Source: Octopus vulgaris
Lineage: Eukaryota
Direction of reading: 5' to 3'
Length of the DNA stretch: 64,000 bases
Assembly (NCBI GenBank): GCA_951406725.2
Contig: OX597815.1
Coordinates: forward strand, 144,150,001-144,214,000
The position numbers and the translations under genes were made by a program. The notes beneath the pieces are model-generated. The model was not told where the DNA came from. It searched no databases and worked only from the letters and a program-made list of their open reading frames with translations. Of this stretch, positions 52,491 through 64,000 are shown piece after piece. Position 1 is the first letter of the stretch. Each line of letters opens with the position of its first letter.

Positions 52491-52620
52491 AAACAAAAAT
52501 ACCTTGTTGTGATGTTGAAATTCCGATGAAGGAGCCTTGGATCTAGGGTAGAAACCAGTTCTTTCTCTATTGGCGGGAAATCTTGAAATAAACTGAATAA
52601 TAACATACATACATACATAC
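52491..52620 (+). mobile_element. 3' UTR of the (TACA)n-associated RLE LINE with TACA tail
   Basis: Matches 49638-49755 and 25197-25310. Confidence 0.85.
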
Positions 52621-52719
52621 CTACGTGTCAACCATAGCTACATACACGTTACTTGTCTTATAGTTTTATCACAAGCCTTCGTTTAAAAATAAATGTTGTT
52701 CTTGTATGTTGATGGTGGC

Positions 52720-52750
<31 letters not shown>

Positions 52751-55230
52751 ACAGGCCTCGGTATACTCCATTGATCAGGCCTACTCAGTAGAATAATTAG
52801 GTTCTATCCACAATTTCAACAATTTTGGTTATACCATATTTCAGCTGAACTAAAGAACAAACCGCGAGATGTTTGCTGCTTTGGTTATTGTCATCGTTGA
52901 TATTGTTGCTGCTGATGATGATGATGGTGATGATGATGATGATGATGATGATATGAGGGTTGTGGTGGCAACGGGTGTGGTGGTGGTGGTGGTGACGATG
53001 ATGGCGTTGGTGGAGAGGTGGTAGTGGTGTAGCGACGATGATGGTGGCGACGATGGTGGTGGTGGTCAGATGGTAGGTATAGCAGAAGCAATCATCAATA
53101 ACACAACAACAAGCTTTTATCTTGAAGAGAAGATATTGGCAGCAATGTAAACTTTGCTCTAAGGCAAACGTTACGAAATGCAACAGATTGCATAATTTGG
53201 ATTGGGCGAATGGATTTGAGTAAGTGTAGGTTGGTGAATAAACACCCAAAACTATGATTGAGTGTTAAAGAAGCTTTCTTCAACAGCGGGTGTATCTGAC
53301 TGGTTGAGTATGAGGCGTTTTGGCACAGCCGTTTTGGCGCCCCCAATTTTGCGTCACTGATTTGACTTTGAATTATTTTGTTATCAGGCGTTATGTTTCT
53401 CCTAATTTCCCTCTCTTCCTCTCTCTCTCTCTCTTCCTCTTTCTCTCTTTCTCTCTCTCTCTCTCTCTGTCGCTCTCTCGTTTTGTGCGTGTAAGCGTTT
53501 ATGTCAGCTGTGTTCAATTAATTAAAGTCTTTCCATCTTTCTCTATATCTCTCTTTCTATATCACACCCCTCTTTCTTTCTTTCTCTCTCTGTCAATCTC
53601 TTTCATTCTCTTTCTCTTTCTCTCTCTCCCTCTTTCTCTCTCTCTCTCCGTCTCTCCTCTCTTTCTCCCACTCTCTTCTCTCTATATATAGATAGAGAGA
53701 GAGATTGACAGTGATAGACAGTCAAATAGACAGAAAGTCTGATGAACCTCACACACATACACACAAACTCAACTGTATGCGCATATTTCTATGCGAGTGT
53801 GCATGTATTTGTGTGTGTGTGCGTGTGCGTGTGCGTGTGTGCGGGCGCGTATGTGTGTGTTTGCCTCCCGTGCTAAAAAGTGCTCTCACCAAAACAGATT
53901 CTCTGTCCAGTCAGCCATGCCAAATCGCCAGCATCCAAACGGCCGCACCATATTGTCTCATTCCGTGATTGCTTTGGCTTTATTAAAGCTATGAAGCAGC
54001 AATGAGTACCAAACTCCTTTAATGATCCTGATACTCTTGGAGTATCACTTCCTGATGGATCGAACCAACGAGGGAATTTTTGCGTAGTCTACTAAAAACA
54101 GTAACCAAATCTCCCAGAAATCCTACTGTGTTGCCTTTCAAACACGAGTGGAACACATACACTGTCTGTTTAAAAGACGTGACGGTCATTGATCGAACGT
54201 CTTTGATTGTGAAGACATTGCCCGTTTTGGACACGAACTCTATTGTTGAACCCCCTCCACACCTAGTATTTGTGTTATTGTGTCTTTGAGAGAGAATTAT
54301 TATTATTGATCGAATGTGAGTATGGGTGATTTATTCAGGGAGTGAAAACGTGAGTGATTGGGTGTGTGAATGAGTGAAAAAGAGAGAGAAAGAGACAAAG
54401 ATAGTTGTGAGAGTATAAGTGAGTGGTTGACTGAGTGAAGAATTAATGAAGTAGTGAAGGGCTTTGAACGAGTAATTGAGTGAAAAGTTAAGTGAAATAA
54501 TGATACGTTGTGTGAATGAGTGAGTGAGTGAGTGAGTGAGTGAGCCAATGAGTGAGTGAGCCAATGAGTGAGTGAGTGAGTGGTAGATGAGTTAGAATTA
54601 GACAAACAATGAATGGGTAGATCGATGAGTGACTGAGTATGTGTATGAATGAGAGACTGTTCGCAAAAGGGTATCAGTGAGTGAGTGAGTTAATGAGTGA
54701 GAGAGTAAGAGTGAGTAGGTGAGATACACCATTGCACAACATCGTTTTCACACCTGAGATATATAAACTAGGTCGCAGCAGCGACCAATCTAATCGATAG
54801 ATAAGATCGATCGTCTCTGATTAGCTGAATCGATAATATTTTTTAACACGAAGCGCCACCTACCGCATCCATTACCTAAAGCATTACATCAGTTCAGCCA
54901 GAGAGTGAGAGGTGGAAGAGGGGCGTGATAAGGGAGAGAGGAAAAAAACTTCTCTTGCCAGTAATGTCACCGAATTTTGTCACGTTGGCGATAATTGCGT
55001 ACAGACATAGAAATACATACATATACATACACAGATATACACATTCACGTAGATATATACATAAACACGCATATTTTTTTGTAAGTGGGTGTATAATTGT
55101 TTCTATATATACTGACACATACATGTATGTATATGTATATGTAGACATATTTATATGTAAATGTGTGTGTATACGTGAGTGTGTATGTTTGTGTTTGTGC
55201 GTATGTGTGTGTGCGTGAGTGTGGGTGCGT

Positions 55231-55263
<33 letters not shown>

Positions 55264-55314
55264 AGCGCGCATGTGTGTACATAAATATATAAAAGTATAA
55301 ATGTAAATATACAT

Positions 55315-55737
55315 AGGCGTATGCATAGCTATGTGGTAAACAGTTTGCTTTCCAAAAACAGGGTTTTGTGTTCAATTTCACTGCCTGCCACTTTATGCAT
55401 GTGATTTCTTCTATAACCCACGGACCGATTAAGTGCTTTAGAGTGGATTTTGTAGACGGAAACTGAAAGAAGCCCGTCGAATATATATATAAATGTGTGT
55501 GTGTGTGTGTGTGTGTGCGTGTGTCTTTGTGCTTTTGTCTGTCCTTACTATTGCTTGACAACTGGTGTTGGTTTGTTTACTTCCTCATAACTTGCCGGTT
55601 CGGGAAAAATTACCAATAGAATAAGTTCCAGACTTATTATAATAGCTCTGCAGTCGATTTATTCGAATAAAAAGCCTTCAAACTGTTGCCCCAGCATGGA
55701 CGCAGTCCGGTGACGGAAACAAGTAAAAGATAAAAGA
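55315..55737 (+). mobile_element. diverged SINE family A
   Basis: gtagacggaaactgaaagaagcccgtcg, tail gaaacaagtaaaagataaaag. Confidence 0.85.
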
Positions 55738-56129
55738 TATATAAATACATACATATATTCATACATACATACATACATACACACATATAGGCGCGCGCGT
55801 GTGGGGTGTGTTATTGTTATGCAATCATTCTTACGAAACTAGCCTCGTTTTCGTCTCAACAGAATTTGTCACAGCTTGATTCTCTAACAAACTCATTTCA
55901 GAAGGAACCTAGACTAGTTTTGTAAAAATCCGATCCTGGGTCTTTTTCTCTTTCTTTTATAATACATCCACACTACATCTCTACAATGAGCAGTTTTCCA
56001 AAAATTATGAATATCTTTCTTCCTATTTAACGTAAATATACCAGAACAACGGTATGTACTGTGTATGTGTGTGTACGTGTTGTATGAATTAAAAACGTCG
56101 TAGTACGTGTTACCATACATGTAGGTCAG

Positions 56130-56207
<78 letters not shown>

Positions 56208-56856
56208 TGCAAATATTTTCTTGAACACGCATTCATAACGTATAGAACTTTTCCACCTGAGACACATCAAACCCACTTTAAACTTATACTTATCTGGTGA
56301 GTATTCCTTGTAACTGTTACTGGTCATAAGCAACATTTGCGACAACCAAACAGATGAACTATCATAGCTTAAATCCAACACTCTCATACATTTGATGTAC
56401 CCACATCCACAATTTACAATCTACTACAAGCACTTGCTGCTGAGAAATACAAATCACAACTGAACATAACTGCTTAGGAACAGTTATAAAAGCAAAACGT
56501 CTGATACAGTCATACTTCCGCAATAATCAAAGTCGTTAGGGTGTTGGGAGAGAACGTCATGCGATATTCGTTTTCAACACTTTGTGCTCTGTGTTCAAAT
56601 CCCGTCGACGTCTTCCTTGCCTTTTATCCTTTCAGGGCCTATAAAATAATACCAACTCATAGCGGTGGATCGGATCGAACGCCTTGTGGTATTTGTTTCG
56701 GTTCTTTGCATTTTGATTTCAAATCCCTCTATGGCCTGCTCTGGTGACAGACTTAATCCGTCGCCCTATTTAACAACATCACTTAGTACCTTGGGTGCCT
56801 TTATTGGGAATTACTTTGTTGTGAGCATTCAGGTAAGGTCTCCAGTTTGACGATAC

Positions 56857-56916
<60 letters not shown>

Positions 56917-56984
56917 GTTTCGAAGACCAAAAATTAATAAGCAGACATGGCCGAAGTGTCATCATCATCCCTATCATCATTATT

Positions 56985-57265
56985 AACTATGAACATTACA
57001 GCCTCGAGTCCTAGCGTTCGTAAGGCCGGTAACCCGATTTCCATGGCGTATAAGTGATCGGGATCACAGCAATGCCCCTGAACGGGATTCCAGTCCGTCG
57101 CAGAGTCACTCACTTTACAGCTGAGTGAACTGGAGCAACGTGAAATGAAGTTTGTTTTTTTGTTTTTTTTCAGGAACACAATGCACCGTTCGATCCAGAA
57201 ATCGAAACCACGATATTGCGATTATGAACGCAACACACTAGCCACTACACCAACGTGGCTTCACC
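56985..57265 (-). mobile_element. CORE-like tRNA SINE
   Basis: cagctgagtgaactggagcaacgtgaaatgaag...caggaacacaa...atcgaaacc. Confidence 0.75.
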
Positions 57266-57286
57266 GGCTCCCCACCCCATAAAGGT

Positions 57287-57331
<45 letters not shown>

Positions 57332-59628
57332 TATGACGCATAGGTTACAGCAGCAGTAAGGAAGGGCATCTGATCTGAAAACTGCTTCACAGGGGGACTT
57401 TGCCGTTTGCCCTCAATTACCAGGTAGTGGGGCTAAACTAGACAACGGATTAGGTTATTAGGTTAATACCCACGATGTCAATCATCCAACTACAAAATGC
57501 GTATTTACAATAATTACGTAAGTTAACAACATTAAGCAGAACATCGATAAAACTGCTCTTGATGTCGAACTTAAATAGTCCTATTTACATTCAAACATGC
57601 AACGTTCGTGCAATTCTACAATCACATTAGCATAAAAGCATGTCGTATATCTGTCAGATGGATACCACATGCAACAAATGTCAATCGGATACGTTTACAT
57701 ATTAATAATAGGATACTATAAAAATAGCTTTAATTGACTTCTATGCTCAAGCATTTGCTACAACCACATATCTAGCATTTGCTACTATCATGCATTTATT
57801 ACAATAAAATGTCAGTAACAAACATGTGAACGTATGCTACAAGCAGTCGTCTGCTTCAGACTATATTCATTACATTTACTACAATTAAATACAATCGGAA
57901 ACGAAACGACTACCAAAACCGTGCATCGTAAACAAATATTCGCCACATTAAAACCTTTGCTACTACACTTTAAATAGTACTACTAATAGTAGGGATCAGT
58001 GGGGATAAAAAGGGTGTGGGTGAAATGTGGTCTGGGCGGCGACGAGTGGAGTGAATCATGTGGAAAATCTGACGAGAGATTCAGTTTTCTGAAGTTAATT
58101 TTTCTGTCAGGAGAAACGAGACGAAAGCTTGTTACGTCATGAAGATTAATGGCAGTGGGCATCAATTGAGTTGAACTAAGTGCAGACGTCTTGGTAACCG
58201 GAAGTTACTAATAGTATTGTGGAGTAGCGTTGTGATATGGGAGGGAGAAGGAGGAGGAAAAGAAAGGAAAGAGAGGAGAGACAGAGAGAGAGATTAAAGG
58301 TGAGTTTCATGAGAGACACTGTTCGTATCGACACAGTAAGTCAATTAGTAGCGGAAAGTTGCTGATGAAATACATTTAACACTATTATCTTGATCATCAT
58401 CATCATCGTCATCATCATCGTCATCATCCTTATTACAGTACTATCGCCATCAAAAGCACCTCTACCACTACTACCATCATCATCATCATCACACCACCAC
58501 CACCACATCCACCACCACCATTACAATTATCAACAATTCAATCACCAAAACCATTGTCACCATCGTCGTCGTCGTCGTTATCATCATAATCATCAACGTC
58601 CCTGCCATCATCAGCACCACACCATCATTATCATCATCATCATCATCATCATCATCATCGCCAACACCACCATCATTAGCAAAATAATTATCACCATCAG
58701 CATCATGATTAAAATCTTTATTTTTATCAGATCTCCACCATCATCCACAATACAACCATGATCATCACCACAATCTTCATCCTAATCATCATCATCATCA
58801 TCGTAGTCGTCGTCATTAATCATCATTAATTGTCATTTCAAACCATCCATCATTAAGTATAAAACTACCGCATAACAACCACAGTACTCCTACTACCACC
58901 ACTCCTTCCTGTCGTCCCCACTAAGTCCCGCACCACAACCACTACAATCACCATGACCACCACGTCCGAAATGCCAGTAACACAACTCCCTTCTTCTAAC
59001 CTAGCTACATTTCACTACCATCACCACTACTACCATATATAGAGATGCATTCATTTATGCCACCACACACACACACACATACACACAAACACACAGCATT
59101 ATATCTCATAAGGTAATGTCCTGACTCCACTGTTAAATGGTTTACAGAAAGTATTACCGACTATTGATATCAACACTGTAGCCATAATAACCATGATATC
59201 ACTCTAACCATGATATCTGATGTAACTAAGAGACATTCATTTATAAATGTATGCAACAACAAAAAAATCCATTGCAATGTAAACATATTTATCGTTTACT
59301 CTATTCGCTCCCAGTCTAACTAAACTCTTCAATTACTTTTCTGTTTTTTGTAGAATATAGAAACACCCAAATGTGTGCCTTCATTTTGAGGTAGGATACT
59401 TGCCACAGATAAATAGCAGTTGAGGGATCTCAGTTCTAATGTTTCTAAGATGATGAAGAAAATGGATGCATTTTAGTCTTTTGAAGCCTTTTCAATGACA
59501 CACTCTAGCAGCCAGCCACATGCTTAGACGAGATTCGTCGCCTCTGATGAAGAAAACAACGAATAAAACATTAACTGATGTTGCGAATTGCCACCCAACT
59601 GAATAAATATCCTGTAAATGCAAATACC

Positions 59629-59836
59629 TATTTCTTTATTACCCACAAGAGGCTAAACATAGAGGGGACAAACAAGGACAGACATAGGTATTAAGTCGAA
59701 TACATCGACCCCAGTGCGTTAACTGGTACTTAATTTATCGACCCCGAAAGGATGAAAGGCAAAGTCGACCTCGGCGGAATTTGAACTCACAACGTAACGG
59801 CAGCCGAAATACCGAAATACCCGACGTGCTAACGTT
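59629..59836 (-). mobile_element. SINE family B1, 5'-truncated
   Basis: 16-bp TSD tgtaaatgcaaatacc at 59613-59628 and 59837-59852. Confidence 0.9.
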
Positions 59837-60021
59837 TGTAAATGCAAATACCACAATAACTGGCCTATCAACGGTGTATATACATTAAGTATAATACAGA
59901 AATGATATATAAAATTCTTGTACGTAAAAATATACGCATTGTGCGTGTCAGTATCTATGTATACACAATAAGTCTATATGAGTGTATATGTGTGTGCGTA
60001 TAGGTACGTGGTTGCATATAT

Positions 60022-60253
60022 ATTTCTTTACTACCCACAGGGGGCTAAACACAGGGAGGACAAACAAGGACAGACAAACAGATTAAGTTGATTACATCGA
60101 CCCCAGTACGTAACTGGTACTTAATTTATCGACCCCAAAAGGATGAAAGGCAAAGTCGACCTCGGCGGAATTTGAACTTAGAGCGTAACGGCAGACGAAA
60201 TACGGCTACGCATTTCGCCCGGCGTGCTAACGTTTCTGCCACCTCGCCGCCTT
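60022..60253 (-). mobile_element. full-length SINE family B1
   Basis: 15-bp TSD cgtggttgcatatat at 60007-60021 and 60254-60268. Confidence 0.92.
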
Positions 60254-60306
60254 CGTGGTTGCATATATGTATGGATGTCCGCGTGCGTGTACATGTGTGT
60301 GTGTAT

Positions 60307-60344
<38 letters not shown>

Positions 60345-60906
60345 GTGTGTGCGTGCGTGTGTGTGTGTGTGTGAGCAGTTGTAAATCTGTGTGTGCTTGT
60401 ATTTGCTTGCTAGCGTATTCATGTATGTATACAATAGTCTAATAATCACAACAGGGCACTATTACTTCCCCTGCCCCATTTACTATAAAAACTTTAAACC
60501 TTTAACTCAGGTTTTATGTCGAGAGCTAAGATTGAAATCTTTTACAGACTTCATGTATCCTATGGCTCCCACTGAATGAGAATATTCTGTAAAAATGTTA
60601 TTTTATATCCACCCTCATTTCTTTAACATTTAACTCAAAATGCACCATACTGCGCGCGCACGCATATTCACAGACACATGCACACACACATACATATAGC
60701 TTCAAATACACACAGCCACACATATTCCCTTCTTTATCTCTTTCTCTCTCTTCTCCTTTTTTTCCCTCTACCCTTCTCATATAAGCTGTATATATCGGTA
60801 AATATCTATATATGTGTATCTTTGTGCTTGTTTGTTTCCCCATCACCGCTTGACAACCGGTGTTGGTGTGTTTATGTAAAAGAGTGAAAGAATATGTATG
60901 TGTGTA

Positions 60907-60952
<46 letters not shown>

Positions 60953-61035
60953 CATATATATGTATATATTCATTTATATATATATATGAATATATACATA
61001 TATATACATATATATACATACATATATATATATAC

Positions 61036-61073
<38 letters not shown>

Positions 61074-61432
61074 TTACATGCTAACATACATACTAACATA
61101 CATACATACATACATACATACATACATACATACATACATACATACATACATGCGATATATGGTATATATAAAAAATAGAAGAGTAAAAAGATACTCTTAG
61201 TTTCGCTATATTATTACAGCATGAAGTAGTATGTATGTATGTATGTATCATTATGCGAATATAAAATACTATAATGATATAAGTAGTCAAGCATTATCTT
61301 CGTCTAAGTTATGTTATATTATGAAACAGTATGAAGTCCCGCTGACACATAATAGCAACCTTAAAAGTCCATTTATTCATTGGCTCATCTTTTCCTCTCT
61401 CTATCTCTCTCTCTCTCTCACTCTATCTATCT

Positions 61433-63661
61433 ATAACTTTAGGCCCATCACTCTGCTTAATGCAGACTTGAAAATTTTGGCCAAGGTGCTAGCCAAGAGG
61501 TTGGCGCTTGTCATCGAGAAACTGGTCGACAGGGCGCAAACATGCGCCGTGCCAGGCCGGACCATCCATGACAACCTCCACCTGATGCGCTACATCATAG
61601 ACAGGGTAGTTAACGAACCTGGCATGGGTGGGGCGCTGATCAATTTGGATCAATCGAAAGCTTTCGATAGGGTGGACCATCGATACTTGGAGGCGGTCCT
61701 CGGAGCGGCTGGCTTCGGTCCCGTCTTCCGCGGCTGGATAGCCGCTTTGTACAGAGGCATCCGTTCGGTAATTCGCGTGAATGGACATCTATCGAGACCC
61801 TTCGACATCGCACGTTCGGTCCGTCAGGGATGCCCCCTCTCGTCGCTTCTATACGTATTGACTCTCGAGCCATTATTGCGGAAGCTGGCAACCTTGAGAG
61901 GCATCCCGCGAGAACTGGGATGCGGGACGAGCGTGTCTGCATACGCGGACGACGTCACCGTCATAGTGTTTAGCCACGAGCACATCGAGCAGGTCGGCGA
62001 GACACTGAAAAACTACGAAGCGGTGACAGGAGCGAAAATCAACCGGGAAAAGTCAGTGGGCTTGCGACTAGGCACCTGGAGAAGCAAGCCCATGCCGTCC
62101 ACCAGCGCCTCCGTCGTGGGACGCTGGACCGACGGCCCGGTTGAGTTGCTCGGGGTCTGGTTTGGTCCGGACCTCCAAGTGGAGAAGAACTGGAACGAGA
62201 TAACGAGTAGGGTGGTCACTCTCGCCCGGCAATGGGCCGAGAGGAAACTGTCCCTAAAAGGTCGGGCAGAGGTGGCGAACACGTACATCGCGTCCGTCAT
62301 CTACTACCGCCTGACCGTCGTACCTTGTCCCGACCCTACCATCACCAAACTACAACGCATTCTCTTTCGCTTCTTGTGGAAAGGATGCGTCCCGATGGTC
62401 AGGCGATCCATTTGCTGTCAACACCCGTTAAAAGGAGGGCTGGGCATGCCGTGGTTGATGATGCGCAGACACGCGCTGAGACTGCGACATCTCTGGCTCT
62501 ATGTAGACGACGGTGAACAGGTGTGGTCGCCGTTTGTGAGGCACGCTTTCCCGCAGCTCGTCTCCATGACCGAACTGCAGTCGTGGATCAAAAAGAGGCC
62601 GAAGAAGGGCGAATGGCACCGCGAGTGTCGCGTTGCTCTCAAGCAACTCTGCCGTCCTGGGTCGACCGTGAGTGACTTCAACACAACCACAGCATTCTAT
62701 AGGGGTTTAGTGGAGGGGAGGTACGACGACGAGCTCGGGGCGAACCTGGACGTCGACGAGGAGTACCTGACCCGCCTGTTCAGGACGACTTTCGGGCCAG
62801 GGCCCATGGACAACTTCCAGAGATCCCTAGCCTGGCAGTGCTACCGAGAAACGCTACCCGTTCGGGATAAGCTCTGCAGACACGGCTCGAGAAACACGGG
62901 GCCGACCTGCCCGAGATGCGGTCAGAGCGACGAAACCGTTCTGCACGCACTCGTGCAGTGTCCAACAATTTCCGACCTGTGGGCTTATGTCGAACAACTG
63001 CTGTCACGTGTGGGACGAGTCGGTTTATCAGCTGAGTCTATCGTCAATATTGTCACGCCTCCCTCCTTCAAACGGGAAGGAAGAGCTATTTTCATCATCC
63101 TTGTGGCTATGGCGAAGGAATGTATCTGGTGGACGCGTCTGAAAGGATTGGAGACAAACACTTTCCTCTCTGGTCAATCTCTCATCAACTTCTTCAAGTA
63201 CCACTTGAAAAGGAAAGTGAGAGTAGAGAGGCAAGTTTTGTCTAGCGAATGTTTTAAAAAAAGATGGGTGAATGTAGCAAGAATGGCACGTATGAATGAC
63301 GAAGCCACCTTGAGCATGATCCTATGAACCCAGAAAAAAAAAAAAAAAGAAATATAACATGTGACTCCATTGACCGAGGTTACCGTGGTCTTTTCCGTAG
63401 GCTTTTCTTTCCACGGGTAAACCTCACCTGTCCTCCCCTTTACACTTCATATTGACATTTCTGTGATAACGATCCCTATTGATCAATTTTTTTTCCTCGC
63501 CCCCTTTTTTTTTAACACCCCTTTTTTTGTCCTCTTTCTCTCCTTTTTCGATCCCTTTTGATCGAAACTCCCCCTTCCTTTTTTTTTTAAACCTTCAAAA
63601 GAAAAGCTCTACCTTGTAATTTGTTCTATCTGTGTACAGCCCTGTGTGGCTAATAAAGAAA
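61433..63661 (+). mobile_element. 5'-truncated L1/Tx1 LINE inserted in (TATC)n
   Basis: GC-rich open ORF2, T-rich 3' UTR, AATAAA 63652-63657, then (TATC)n; ctatctatct immediately 5'. Confidence 0.92.
61435..63327 (+). CDS. partial Tx1 ORF2: RT plus C-terminal zinc knuckle, no start codon
   Basis: NFRPITLLNADLKILAK, LDQSKAFDRVDH, VRQGCPLS, YADD, KGGLG, CPRCGQSDETVLHALVQC; ~630 codons without a stop. Confidence 0.9.
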   Translation, partial: NFRPITLLNADLKILAKVLAKRLALVIEKLVDRAQTCAVPGRTIHDNLHLMRYIIDRVVNEPGMGGALINLDQSKAFDRVDHRYLEAVLGAAGFGPVFRGWIAALYRGIRSVIRVNGHLSRPFDIARSVRQGCPLSSLLYVLTLEPLLRKLATLRGIPRELGCGTSVSAYADDVTVIVFSHEHIEQVGETLKNYEAVTGAKINREKSVGLRLGTWRSKPMPSTSASVVGRWTDGPVELLGVWFGPDLQVEKNWNEITSRVVTLARQWAERKLSLKGRAEVANTYIASVIYYRLTVVPCPDPTITKLQRILFRFLWKGCVPMVRRSICCQHPLKGGLGMPWLMMRRHALRLRHLWLYVDDGEQVWSPFVRHAFPQLVSMTELQSWIKKRPKKGEWHRECRVALKQLCRPGSTVSDFNTTTAFYRGLVEGRYDDELGANLDVDEEYLTRLFRTTFGPGPMDNFQRSLAWQCYRETLPVRDKLCRHGSRNTGPTCPRCGQSDETVLHALVQCPTISDLWAYVEQLLSRVGRVGLSAESIVNIVTPPSFKREGRAIFIILVAMAKECIWWTRLKGLETNTFLSGQSLINFFKYHLKRKVRVERQVLSSECFKKRWVNVARMARMNDEATLSMIL

Positions 63662-63663
63662 CA

Positions 63664-63756
<93 letters not shown>

Positions 63757-63845
63757 GTCACCCTATCTATATATCTATCTGCCTATCTATCTATCTACCT
63801 ACCTATTTATCTACCTATCTCTAATTGTCTACCTATTCATATATA

Positions 63846-64000
63846 TTCTTTTACTTGTTTCAGTGATTTGACTGCAGCCATGCTGGAGCGCCGCCTTTAA
63901 TCGAGGAAATCGAACCAGGACTTATTCTTTGTAAACGTAATACTTATTCTATTGGTTCTTTTGCCGAACCGCTAGGTTACAAGGGCATAAACACACTAGC
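63846..64000 (-). mobile_element. SINE family A 3' part (runs off window)
   Basis: ttcttttacttgtttcagt...catgctggagcgccgccttt. Confidence 0.85.

Noticed and set aside
58068-58130. CTGACGA plus hairpin as a hammerhead or pre-miRNA
   Set aside because: Stem II does not close onto a GAAA, and the hairpin is short and dependent on G-U pairs
61231-61432. N-terminal extension of the 698-aa ORF
   Set aside because: Chance open frame through flanking and microsatellite DNA upstream of the 5'-truncated Tx1

Overview
Eukaryotic, AT-rich and extremely microsatellite- and repeat-dense DNA. The SINE/LINE families look like those of an octopus (coleoid cephalopod) genome, which is an inference from pattern recognition. 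I found no convincing host protein-coding exon, and almost all listed ORFs are translations of simple repeats. The real coding content is transposon-derived: a near full-length but disrupted R4/Dong-type RLE LINE (32.1-36.3 kb) with further RLE 3' ends stacked behind it, a (TACA)n-associated RLE LINE, an uninterrupted 5'-truncated CR1-type RT, an uninterrupted 5'-truncated L1/Tx1 RT plus an older Tx1 remnant, an internally deleted Gypsy element with 133-bp LTRs, Tc1 transposase fragments, two hAT MITEs, Penelope-like remnants and more than 30 tRNA-derived SINE copies or fragments. Most notable: (i) several minimal hammerhead-ribozyme motifs, including a short element present twice with the same non-canonical core CUGUCGA; (ii) different LINE clades each sitting in a different microsatellite (AAT, TACA, TA, TATC); (iii) a degenerate array of palindromic ~56-bp units at 9.0-9.4 kb; (iv) an initiator-tRNA-Met pseudogene just upstream of a SINE. 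Repeat boundaries were read by eye and are approximate unless a TSD/TIR is given.
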